A stretch of DNA of 64,000 nt, taken from assembly GCA_028286835.1 (NCBI GenBank), contig JAQBQT010000011.1, positions 5,246 through 69,245 on the forward strand, written 5' to 3'. Each line of letters begins with the position of its first letter. Positions within the stretch are counted from its first letter, which is position 1. The translations under genes were made by a program, and so were the position numbers. Positions 56,897-64,000 of the stretch are shown piece by piece. The notes under the pieces were generated by a model. It did not search any database. It worked only from the letters and a program-made list of their open reading frames with translations, and was not told where the DNA came from. This stretch comes from Candidatus Parcubacteria bacterium (GTDB lineage: Bacteria > Patescibacteriota > Minisyncoccia > Phycocordibacterales > PALSA-1337).

Positions 56897-56967
56897 CTGC
56901 GGGACTTGGACTCGAACCAAGATAACGACCTCCAGAGGGTCGCGTCCTACCATTAGACGATCCCGCA
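56897..56967 (-). tRNA. tRNA-Gln (anticodon CUG)
   Basis: Cloverleaf built by hand. U1-A72, acceptor TGCGGGA/TCCCGCA, discriminator G73, anticodon loop CTCTGGA, T-arm CTTGG-TTCGAGT-CCAAG. CCA is not encoded. Confidence 0.88.
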
Positions 56968-57066
56968 AAATTTCCGCCGCTTTCAAACGTTTTCCGGAAG
57001 TACAAAGAGAATAGCGCAAAAAGGCTGATATTTCAATGCGCACTCGCTTTGTTTCCTGTGAGAGCC

Positions 57067-58857
57067 TTATTCCGCAAACAGCTCCTTCTCTATGGAAATG
57101 CCGCCGGGAATGTTCGCAGCCATGGCGTCGTCGGCCGATTTGGAGACGATGATCTTCGTGCGGTCCTTGGCCGCCTTCATAAATGCCGTGAACAAGGGAT
57201 GCGGCGAAAGCGGACGGGCCAAAAGCTCCGGATGGAACTGGGTGCCGAGGAAGAACGGGTGCTGTTCTCGCGGCAATTCGGCGATCTCCATGAGGACGCC
57301 GTCCGGGGACGTGCCCGAGAATACGAGGCCTCCCTTCCTGAGCTGATCGACATACTTCGGGCTGACTTCATAGCGATGGCGGTGGCGCTCCTTCACTGCC
57401 TGCGCGCCATATGCGGCTTCGGCGATCGTGCCCTTTCCGAGCTTGGCGGGATACACGCCGAGACGCATCGAGGCGCCATAGTTCCCTTCAGCCACTTTCT
57501 TCTTCTGGTCGGGCATGATGTCGATGACGAGATGCGGAGCTCGCGGATTGATCTCGGCGGTCTGCGCGCCCTTGAGACCGAGCACATTCCTGGCGAATTC
57601 GATGGTCATGAGCTGCATGCCGTAGCAGAGGCCGAAATACGGGATCTTGTTCTCACGGGCATGGCGGATGACATTGAGCTTCCCTTCGATGCCGCTTTCG
57701 CCGAATCCGCCCGGCACAATGATGCCGTTGTATTTGTCGAACGATGCGTAGTTCGGATTCTTGCCCTCGAAGTCGCGCGCATTAACGGTGTGAATGACAG
57801 CCTTCACGCCAGCGGCATACGCGGAGAATTTGATCGCCTCGAGTACCGAGATATACGAGTCAGAGAGGATGAAGTCGCCCGTATTGAAATATTTTCCGAC
57901 AACGCCTATGTGCACTTCGTGCTTGGTGTTGTTCTTGATGCCGCGGGCCATCTTTTTCCAGGCCTGGAATGAAGCCGTGGTTTTCCTCGCAGGCATATGC
58001 AGGGTCTCCATAAGGATGTCGCCGAGGTGGTCATGCTCGAAGTTGATAGGCACATCGTAGATACTCTTTATGTCGGGAGCAGAGATGACGCGCTCGGGAA
58101 GGATGTTGCAGGCAGTGGCGATCTTCTCCTTGCGCTTCTGATCGAGCGGGATCTCCGCGCGGGCGATGATGATGTCGGTATTCACTCCGTACGAAGCGAG
58201 CTGATGCACGGCATTCTGTGTCGGCCGTGTCTTCATCTCGCCGAGCTTGGACGGAACGGGCAGGTACGAAACCATGATGAACGCGACGTCCTGGGGGCGG
58301 CGAATCTTGAGGGTACGTGCGGCCTCGATGAACATGATGTTCTGATAGTCGCCAACGGTGCCGCCGATCTCGATGATGGAGATGTCGGACTTGTTGACCT
58401 TGGCCGCATGCTCGAAGCGGCGCATGACCTCGTCGCGAATATGCGGAATGGCCTCGACGCATTTGCCCCCATACCCGAGGGCACGCTCACGGTCGATGAC
58501 CGCCTTGTAGACCATGCCAGACGTCATATAGTCGGCATCGGTGAGGTCGCGATTAAGGAAGCGCTCGTAGTTGCCCATGTCCTGATCCGTCTCGAGGCCG
58601 CTGTTCAAAACAAAAACCTCACCGTGCTCGGTGGGGTTCATGGTGCCCGCGTCGACGTTGAGATATGGATCGACCTTCACGAGATTGACCTGGAAGCCTT
58701 TGGCGGAGAGGAGCGTGCCGATCGAGGAGGATGCGATGCCCTTTCCGACTCCCGACATCACGCCGCCGATGACGAAGATGTATTTGTGCGGGGCGCGCTT
58801 TTTGCTTGTCTTGCCCGCCAAGGCGCCCTTCTTCGTCTTCGGAGTTTTCTTTTTCAT
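57067..58857 (-). CDS. pyrG: CTP synthase PyrG
   Basis: N-terminal synthetase domain (KYIFVIGGVMSGVGKGI) and C-terminal class I glutamine amidotransferase (GGFGESGIEGK, LCYGMQ, H..E). K-rich N-terminal extension. Confidence 0.95.
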   Translation of the reverse strand: MKKKTPKTKKGALAGKTSKKRAPHKYIFVIGGVMSGVGKGIASSSIGTLLSAKGFQVNLVKVDPYLNVDAGTMNPTEHGEVFVLNSGLETDQDMGNYERFLNRDLTDADYMTSGMVYKAVIDRERALGYGGKCVEAIPHIRDEVMRRFEHAAKVNKSDISIIEIGGTVGDYQNIMFIEAARTLKIRRPQDVAFIMVSYLPVPSKLGEMKTRPTQNAVHQLASYGVNTDIIIARAEIPLDQKRKEKIATACNILPERVISAPDIKSIYDVPINFEHDHLGDILMETLHMPARKTTASFQAWKKMARGIKNNTKHEVHIGVVGKYFNTGDFILSDSYISVLEAIKFSAYAAGVKAVIHTVNARDFEGKNPNYASFDKYNGIIVPGGFGESGIEGKLNVIRHARENKIPYFGLCYGMQLMTIEFARNVLGLKGAQTAEINPRAPHLVIDIMPDQKKKVAEGNYGASMRLGVYPAKLGKGTIAEAAYGAQAVKERHRHRYEVSPKYVDQLRKGGLVFSGTSPDGVLMEIAELPREQHPFFLGTQFHPELLARPLSPHPLFTAFMKAAKDRTKIIVSKSADDAMAANIPGGISIEKELFAE

Positions 58858-59089
58858 CCGACTATTGTAGTAAAGGGCACGGCGAAAGGCAATCGCACCG
58901 GCAAAAAATCTTCATTGACAAGAATGTTCTAATACTATGGTGAAATATTCCAAACGACGTTACAGATACTCAATCTTTTAAAACACAATTTCTATGAAAT
59001 GTGAATGAAAATTCCTGAACTGAACGAGAGAGCATTATGCCACAGGGTGACGTGGACACACTGGCATGAAGCAAATCGTTCCAGGCTCC

Positions 59090-60046
59090 CTATACCCTTA
59101 AATACCTTCGTGCCGCGATATAGCTCGATAGTCCGCCGAGGATTATTCCCGCTCCCATGATGACCGAGAAGAGTTCAGTGAAATTCGTCGAGAAGTAGCG
59201 CGAGAATACGTTGATAGCAAAAGAGAAATTCTGGGCGACATCGACTCCGGCAACGCGCAGGATGAGCGCATCGCTCCAGTAGGCAGCAGCAGCAAGAATG
59301 ACAAGCGTTATGAGCGCCGAAACGACGCCATACATTATGCCTGCGACGACGAGCGGGCCGCGCACGTACACATTGGAAGCGCCGACGAGCTTCATGACCG
59401 CGAGCTCATCGCGAACGGTATAGGTGATCAGGCGGATGGTATTGAAAATGACGATGGCCGCGACGAGAGCGAACACTATGGCCAGAATGGTCCCAGTCTG
59501 CTCCACCGTCGGGATGATCCGGTTCAAACGATCGATGACGAGCTTGTTCTCCTCATAGTTAATCTTGTCGATAATGGGCGTTCCCGAAGAGTCGGTCGGA
59601 TTCTTGTTCTCAAGATATCGCGCGATGCCGCCGTATTGGCCGGGATCCTTGGCCTTGATATTGAGCGATGCTGGAAAAGGATTGGCACCAAGCTCCTGAA
59701 GGCCCTGCATGATAAGCGTATTGTCTTTCCACTTCGCCTGGAAATCAGACATGGTCTGCTCGCGGGAGATGTATGTGGTCGTGGAGACTTCGGCGAGGCT
59801 GTTAACTTCCTGCTGAAGGGTGAGGATATCGGCTTCCGGAGCCGCGAGCGCAAAATACACGTTGATATCAACCTGGCTTTTGACCTGCTCGAGGAGCGAG
59901 CGACCAAAAGCGCCTGCGAAGATGAGGCCGCCAAGCGTCAAAAGAGACAGGGTGATGACGACGATGGCCGCGAACGACAGAAAGCCGTTGCGCCAGAAGC
60001 TCACGAAGCCGGTACGAGTTATGCGCTTGAATGTCGTCAGGATCAT
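59090..60046 (-). CDS. ftsX: cell-division ABC transporter permease FtsX
   Basis: Four TM helices with a periplasmic domain between TM1 and TM2. Lies downstream of the ftsE-like ATPase gene. Confidence 0.85.
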   Translation of the reverse strand: MILTTFKRITRTGFVSFWRNGFLSFAAIVVITLSLLTLGGLIFAGAFGRSLLEQVKSQVDINVYFALAAPEADILTLQQEVNSLAEVSTTTYISREQTMSDFQAKWKDNTLIMQGLQELGANPFPASLNIKAKDPGQYGGIARYLENKNPTDSSGTPIIDKINYEENKLVIDRLNRIIPTVEQTGTILAIVFALVAAIVIFNTIRLITYTVRDELAVMKLVGASNVYVRGPLVVAGIMYGVVSALITLVILAAAAYWSDALILRVAGVDVAQNFSFAINVFSRYFSTNFTELFSVIMGAGIILGGLSSYIAARRYLRV

Positions 60047-60076
60047 CTTAGTAGTATACCACTATGCACACCGCTC

Positions 60077-60757
60077 CTACAGGATATATTTGCCTTCCTT
60101 GTCGTCGCGGACGACTTTGCCCTTCTCGATAGTGATAACGCGGCCGCCGACTGTGTCGACGACGCCCTTGTTATGGGTCGTAAGGAGGATGGTCGTGCCG
60201 AGCTCGTTGATCTTCTTCAAGATGCGGACGATCTCGTATGTATTCCCTGGATCGAGGTTGCCAGTCGGCTCATCGGCAATGATGACGTCCGGCTGGGTGA
60301 CGATGGCGCGCGCAATGGCGACGCGCTGGCGTTCGCCGCCCGAGAGCTCGCGAGGAAAATTCCAGATCTTGTGGCCGAGGTCGACCAATTCGAGTACGTG
60401 CGGCACGTCAGCCGCTATCTCGCGGTCCTTGCGGCCTGATGCCTCCATGGCAAAGGCGATATTCTCGTACACGGTCTTGGTCGGAATGAGACGATAGTCC
60501 TGGAATACGGTGCCGATGCGGCGGCGGAGCTTGGCTGTCTGGCCTTTTGAGAGCTTGTGGATATCAGCCGATTCAAAGAAGACTTTTCCATCAGTCGGCC
60601 AATCCTCTGCGATGAGCAATTTGAGAAGCGTCGATTTGCCGGCACCTGAATGGCCGACAATCGTCACGAATTCTTTAGGTTCTATGCCGAAACTGACCCC
60701 TTCGAGGGCGACGGTCTTGTCAGGATATACCTTGCTGACTTTGTCATAATAGATCAT
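60077..60757 (-). CDS. ftsE: cell-division ABC transporter ATP-binding protein FtsE
   Basis: Walker A GHSGAGKST, signature [14 protein letters not shown], and Walker [12 protein letters not shown]. Confidence 0.9.
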   Translation of the reverse strand: MIYYDKVSKVYPDKTVALEGVSFGIEPKEFVTIVGHSGAGKSTLLKLLIAEDWPTDGKVFFESADIHKLSKGQTAKLRRRIGTVFQDYRLIPTKTVYENIAFAMEASGRKDREIAADVPHVLELVDLGHKIWNFPRELSGGERQRVAIARAIVTQPDVIIADEPTGNLDPGNTYEIVRILKKINELGTTILLTTHNKGVVDTVGGRVITIEKGKVVRDDKEGKYIL

Positions 60758-60774
60758 CTTCCGATTATAGCACT

Positions 60775-61662
60775 TTATAGCATTTTTTCTGCCTCTATGA
60801 ACTCATCCAATTCGCCGTCGAGCACCTTATCCACCTGAGAAGTCTCCACATCAGTGCGGTGATCCTTGACCATCTTGTAGGGATGGAGGACGTATGAGCG
60901 TATCTGGCTTCCCCATTCGATCGAGGCCGTCGACGAGATCTGCATGCCTTTCTCCTTGGCGATGCGCTCGTCTTCGAGGCGCTTCCAGAGCTTTGCGCGA
61001 AGGATGTCCATCGCCTTCTCGCGATTCTGGGCCTGCGAGCGCTCCGATGTGACATGAATGGATATGCCGGAAGGCTTATGGAGGAGGCGCACAGCCGTCT
61101 CGCGCTTATTCACGTTCTGGCCTCCGGGACCGCCTGACTTGGCGATCGAGATCTCAAGATCGCTTTCAGGAATGGCCAGGTCGGCTGCGGATGTCTTCTC
61201 GAATCTCGGGATCACTTCGACGAGCGAGAATGAGGTCTGGCGCTTGCTGTTGGAATTGAACGGCGAGATGCGCACGAGGCGATGGACGCCCGACTCGTTC
61301 TTGAGCGTGCCGTATGCATTCTTGCCCGTGACCTCCACGGTTATGTTGCGGTAGCCCCCGTGATCATTCTCGTTGGCATGGACGACGGACCAGCCCCACC
61401 CCTTTGCGTCCGCATACTTGCGGTACATCTTGAGGAGCATCGCCGAGAAGTCTTCCGCGTCGTCCCCGCCCGCACCTGAAAGAAGCGAGAGGATCGCGTC
61501 CCCTTTGTCGTACTTCCCGATGCCTTCCAGGTCGGATTTGAGGTCCTGCAGCTCCTTGACGCCCGCCTGCGCCTTGGCCTTGTCTGCCCAGAAATCCCCC
61601 GAAGCCATTGCTGCTTCAAGAGCGGCGATTTTCTCCTGTATTTTTTCCCTTGTATCTGACAT
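60775..61662 (-). CDS. prfB: peptide chain release factor 2, encoded as a single uninterrupted ORF with a short N-terminal domain
   Basis: SPF tripeptide motif ([16 protein letters not shown]) and the GGQ motif ([17 protein letters not shown]). 295 aa, compared with ~365 aa in E. coli. No CTT-TGA-C shift site or short upstream 0-frame ORF was found. Confidence 0.85.
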   Translation of the reverse strand: MSDTREKIQEKIAALEAAMASGDFWADKAKAQAGVKELQDLKSDLEGIGKYDKGDAILSLLSGAGGDDAEDFSAMLLKMYRKYADAKGWGWSVVHANENDHGGYRNITVEVTGKNAYGTLKNESGVHRLVRISPFNSNSKRQTSFSLVEVIPRFEKTSAADLAIPESDLEISIAKSGGPGGQNVNKRETAVRLLHKPSGISIHVTSERSQAQNREKAMDILRAKLWKRLEDERIAKEKGMQISSTASIEWGSQIRSYVLHPYKMVKDHRTDVETSQVDKVLDGELDEFIEAEKML

Positions 61663-61673
61663 TGATTTACATC

Positions 61674-62138
61674 TTACCCCATCCGCCTCAAAACAGAAAA
61701 GTTAAGTTTACGCGCTTCCTGAGATCGTATGCTTATAGCCCTATTCCTCCTTCCTTTTCCTTTATTCAAACCAGCATAGGTCAAAGTTAAGGCATCGCAG
61801 TTTGGGCAAATCAAACGAAGATTACTTTCTAAATTATTACGCCAATTTCCATCCATATGATCTGCAACCAGAGGGACCTGGCCTGTCTTAGGATGAACTT
61901 CGCACCAGCCGCATATGCAGCACTTATTGCCATACTTCTTCCTCAAATATTTCTTAACGTATTTAGAGACTATGCCAAGACTTTGTAATCCCGTCTTCTC
62001 TCCCTTTTTCCACTGCTCGATATAAATACTGTACTGATATTCCAATTGGCAATTATTGCTGCAGTATTTACGTCTAGAATGGGAGTTCGGTTTTTGGCAA
62101 TTCAGGCATTTATCTTTGATGGATTTGGATATAGCCAT
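61674..62138 (-). CDS. HNH endonuclease (zinc-binding HNH nuclease, homing-endonuclease-like)
   Basis: CLNCQ..C..C and [36 protein letters not shown] carry the H-N-H plus CxxC motifs. The ATG at 62138 was chosen because the track ORF extends into the tRNA-Thr gene. The stop lies 11 nt upstream of the prfB ATG. Confidence 0.75.
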   Translation of the reverse strand: MAISKSIKDKCLNCQKPNSHSRRKYCSNNCQLEYQYSIYIEQWKKGEKTGLQSLGIVSKYVKKYLRKKYGNKCCICGWCEVHPKTGQVPLVADHMDGNWRNNLESNLRLICPNCDALTLTYAGLNKGKGRRNRAISIRSQEARKLNFSVLRRMG

Positions 62139-62197
62139 AAGACATCTTATTATTAAAGAATAATCGAGACTGTATATTTCACTTTTCCTCCCTTCTG

Positions 62198-62270
62198 AGC
62201 CGAAGGCCGGGATTGAACCGGCGACCCCATCTTTACGAAAGATGTGCTCTACCAACTGAGCTACTTCGGC
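62198..62270 (-). tRNA. tRNA-Thr (anticodon CGU)
   Basis: Acceptor GCCGAAG/CTTCGGC, D-arm GCTC-AGTTGGTA-GAGC, anticodon arm CATCT-TTCGTAA-AGATG, T-arm GCCGG-TTCAATC-CCGGC. Confidence 0.88.
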
Positions 62271-62412
62271 ACCTATGCGTATGCGCTCCGTACTCTAGCA
62301 AAATCTATGCCCGTGGACAAATGCGCGTGTGGCCAAGCGTATTGACCAAAGACAAATGATATGGGAGGGTGAGGCTAGTACAATAGAACCCTCAAAATTC
62401 AATATTTACACT

Positions 62413-63048
62413 ATGAACGCAGAAGAACAGCTTGACTCTCAGGCCTATCCAGCTGCAAGGCCACTCCTTTTAGTCGTCGCTGGTCCGGCAGGATCCGGCA
62501 AGACAACGCTCTGCGACCGCCTGATCCATGAGCATCCTGATTTCAACAGAGTGATCACCGCCACCACGCGCAAGCCGCGTGAAGGAGAAATCGACGGGGT
62601 ACATTACCACTTCCTCGATGTATTCCAATTCCAACAAAAAATAAACCGGCATGAGTTCATCGAATGGACATCGGTCCATAGCGCAAACCGCCTTTATGGA
62701 ACCCTGAGGTCCAGCGTCATCGCACCGTTGCTGTTCGGGAAAAACCTTATTCTGAACATCGACGTAAAGGGCGTCGAAAGCTTTAGGCAGATGGCAGCAG
62801 CCAATACTCTGATCAAACATTCCCTTCATACAGTGTTCATACGTGTCGACCATAAGAAGCTCCTCGAACGCATGATCACCCGGGACAAGGATCACCCGGA
62901 AGAGATCGCCCTCAGAATGGCTACAGCCGAAGCAGAGATGCTCGAAGCGCCGAAATTCGATTCCGTGATCGAAAGCGGTACGCGAGACGAGGACTTTGCC
63001 TCGCTCTGCTCGATCGTGCAGAAGGCACGCGCTCGTATCGCCGCTTAA
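62413..63048 (+). CDS. gmk: guanylate kinase
   Basis: P-loop GPAGSGKTTL, TTRKPREGEIDGVHYHF, and the NMP-binding/lid regions. The ATG at 62413 (MNAEEQ) was chosen over the track GTG at 62329. Confidence 0.85.
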   Translation: MNAEEQLDSQAYPAARPLLLVVAGPAGSGKTTLCDRLIHEHPDFNRVITATTRKPREGEIDGVHYHFLDVFQFQQKINRHEFIEWTSVHSANRLYGTLRSSVIAPLLFGKNLILNIDVKGVESFRQMAAANTLIKHSLHTVFIRVDHKKLLERMITRDKDHPEEIALRMATAEAEMLEAPKFDSVIESGTRDEDFASLCSIVQKARARIAA

Positions 63049-63077
63049 GCAGCAGCATAAATAATAGTTGGGGCCCA

Positions 63078-63115
63078 GCACCATCATCGCCTTACGGCAG
63101 AGATGGTGCTTTTTT
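63078..63115 (+). terminator. rho-independent terminator after gmk, abutting the 3' end of tRNA-Thr(GGU) on the opposite strand
   Basis: GCACCATC-atcgccttacggcaga-GATGGTGC followed by TTTTTTT. Confidence 0.6.
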
Positions 63116-63191
63116 TGGAGCCGTTGTCCGGGATTGAACCGGAGACCTCGTTCTTACCAAGAACGTGCTCTACCAACTGAGCTACAACGGC
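63116..63191 (-). tRNA. tRNA-Thr (anticodon GGU), CCA encoded
   Basis: Acceptor GCCGTTG/CAACGGC, discriminator U, CCA present. Anticodon arm CGTTC-TTGGTAA-GAACG, T-arm TCCGG-TTCAATC-CCGGA. Confidence 0.88.
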
Positions 63192-63218
63192 ACTGGCTAT
63201 CAAACGCCTCGCGAACTG

Positions 63219-63292
63219 CGTACCCGATGGGATTCGAACCCACGACCTCTCCCGTGACAGGGGAGCGTTCTAACCAGCTGAACTACGGGTAC
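63219..63292 (-). tRNA. tRNA-Asp (anticodon GUC)
   Basis: Acceptor GTACCCG/CGGGTAC, discriminator G73, anticodon arm CTCCC-CTGTCAC-GGGAG, T-loop TTCGAAT. Confidence 0.85.
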
Positions 63293-63384
63293 AATCGAAG
63301 AAAGAAACCTTCGTGCGTGCCCACTAATGTAGCAGAAAGGAGCCGAAAATCAAAGCGCGCCGGATCCCCCTATTCCCCTTCGTG

Positions 63385-63458
63385 TGTCGGCGGCAGGACT
63401 TGCACCTGCGACCTAGGGCTTATGAGTCCCTCGCTCTAACTACCTGAGCTACGCCGAC
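63385..63458 (-). tRNA. tRNA with CAU anticodon: elongator Met or lysidine-type Ile2. Non-canonical T-loop (TGCAAGT, G at position 55) and an A31.G39 mismatch.
   Basis: Acceptor GTCGGCG/CGCCGAC (7 of 7 bp), D-arm GCTC-AGGTAGTTA-GAGC, anticodon loop CTCATAA. The T-arm GCAGG-TGCAAGT-CCTGC is closest by eye to E. coli tRNA-Ile2 (GCTGG-TTCAAGT-CCAGC). Confidence 0.7.
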
Positions 63459-63579
63459 AGATCTGAATTCGAGCCAGCCTCGATACGCCATACAATAAAC
63501 GAAAAACCCCCTCTCCGCAATGAGCGATGCCCCAAAAGCTTGCACAAAGGGCTTTTTTGTGGGAAACTATTGCCTACAT

Positions 63580-63651
63580 CGCGGGGTAGGGTAACGGTAA
63601 CCCGTCAGGCTCATAACCTGAAAATTGGCGGTTCGATTCCGCCCCCCGCAA
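63580..63651 (+). tRNA. initiator tRNA-fMet (anticodon CAU)
   Basis: Begins CGCGGGG and ends CCCCGCA-A, so C1.A72 is unpaired as in the E. coli initiator tRNA. Anticodon arm TCAGG-CTCATAA-CCTGA, T-arm GGCGG-TTCGATT-CCGCC, discriminator A. Confidence 0.85.
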
Positions 63652-63657
63652 CACGTT

Positions 63658-63996
63658 TTAGATATAGTAGAACTCCTCGAAGACCTTCCGGTACTGCTGG
63701 ATGGTGTGGTTCGCCAAGTGATGAGTGACCTGGAAAGCCGCTCCGTCGTGGGCGATCTGGTTGCGGACTTTGTGCGCGTCCCATGCTTCCTGCACACTCT
63801 TGAATTCGCCCGGCTGCACACGCTTCAGCTTCTCCCCTATGGAGCTTCCCTGGTAGCCGAGGCTATTCAGTATCTTGTCGAGCATCGTGTCGGCCTCGAG
63901 GATGGCCTGCTTCCAATCATTCTGATTCTCGGAATTGAGGAGCGACGTCACCTTCTCCCACTGGGCCGAAAGATCGGCATTTCCGGATGCCTTCAC
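63658..63996 (-). CDS. small HEPN-like (DUF4145-like) protein; the start is at or beyond the window edge
   Basis: WDAHKVRNQIAHDG carries an Rx4H HEPN-type motif. The track start is GTG at 63994-63996, so the gene may continue outside the window. Confidence 0.4.
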   Translation of the reverse strand: MKASGNADLSAQWEKVTSLLNSENQNDWKQAILEADTMLDKILNSLGYQGSSIGEKLKRVQPGEFKSVQEAWDAHKVRNQIAHDGAAFQVTHHLANHTIQQYRKVFEEFYYI

Positions 63997-64000
63997 GTCC

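Noticed and set aside
54944-56967. att-site direct repeat of the tRNA-Gln 3' end bounding the AT-rich islet
   Set aside because: I looked for a copy of GCTGCGGGACTTGGACTCGAACC near 54.9-55.1 kb and saw none. The island hypothesis therefore rests on composition and position only.
61663-62197. Canonical RF2 +1 programmed frameshift site, and an intein origin for the HNH gene
   Set aside because: Neither CTT TGA C nor an ATG-initiated short 0-frame ORF exists upstream of prfB. The only TTT TGA lies inside the HNH coding frame. HNH and prfB are in different frames with a stop between them, so the HNH gene is not an intein.
63068-63728. Track ORFs 63068..63439 and 63540..63728 as protein genes
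   Set aside because: They are read through four tRNA genes (Thr, Asp, CAU, fMet) and start at TTG. They are artefacts of GC-rich tRNA sequence.
1-64000. CRISPR array, integrase, transposase, prophage or restriction-modification cluster
   Set aside because: I found no spaced direct repeats of 25-40 bp, no tyrosine/serine recombinase or DDE motifs, and no methyltransferase motifs when reading both strands. The only mobile-type gene is the HNH endonuclease.

Overview
This 64 kb window is dense bacterial chromosomal DNA at roughly 55-58% GC, with over 60 protein genes and 6 tRNAs. About 80% of the genes sit on the minus strand; the coding run from ~35.4 to ~52.4 kb is unbroken and same-strand. 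The gene content and style point to a small-genome, Patescibacteria/CPR-like bacterium; this lineage call is inference only. The supporting traits are short membrane-anchored secreted proteins with low-complexity T/A/S linkers, a type IV pilin, GH57/GlgA alpha-glucan genes, many apparently leaderless mRNAs, an orphan response regulator, and housekeeping operons that lack usual partner genes.

Core content, left to right:
- a partial uvrD/pcrA helicase, then rpoD-dnaG
- a short terminator-bounded non-coding unit between dnaG and rpoC
- rpoC-rpoB, with two perfect DnaA-box 9-mers overlapping the rpoB start
- trmD, DoxX, a cytochrome b5-domain protein, a KH protein and rpsP (no rimM or rplS)
- an orphan OmpR-type regulator convergent with a standalone Cas4-like 4-Cys PD-(D/E)xK nuclease
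- cyclophilin, NrnA, and AspRS
- an msrB-msrA plus CcdA-thioredoxin fusion locus, likely for extracytoplasmic methionine-sulfoxide repair
- an ECF sigma / putative anti-sigma pair followed by a MacA/MacB-type efflux system
- a FAD-linked oxidase gene broken by a single in-frame TGA
- a second ECF sigma / anti-sigma pair in a unit with DoxX and a P1B-like P-type ATPase that has an atypical CADD motif where CPC normally sits
- NDH-2, a ZIP transporter, and a GT2-GH57-GlgA glucan cluster
- RNase R, a pilin, MscL with a C-terminal zinc ribbon
- a lower-GC islet (Mesh1-like HD hydrolase, GrpB, DUF2200, small ORF) beside tRNA-Gln
- pyrG, ftsEX, and a prfB that lacks the +1 frameshift site and has a short N-terminal domain, sitting just downstream of an HNH endonuclease
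- a tRNA cluster (Thr-CGT, Thr-GGT, Asp, an unusual CAU tRNA, initiator fMet) with gmk, and a HEPN-like ORF at the edge.

No CRISPR array, integrase or transposase was seen.

Track coordinates include the stop codon. Several track ORFs begin at TTG/GTG; where a family-consistent internal ATG was evident I moved the start. All homology calls come from reading motifs by eye and carry corresponding uncertainty.
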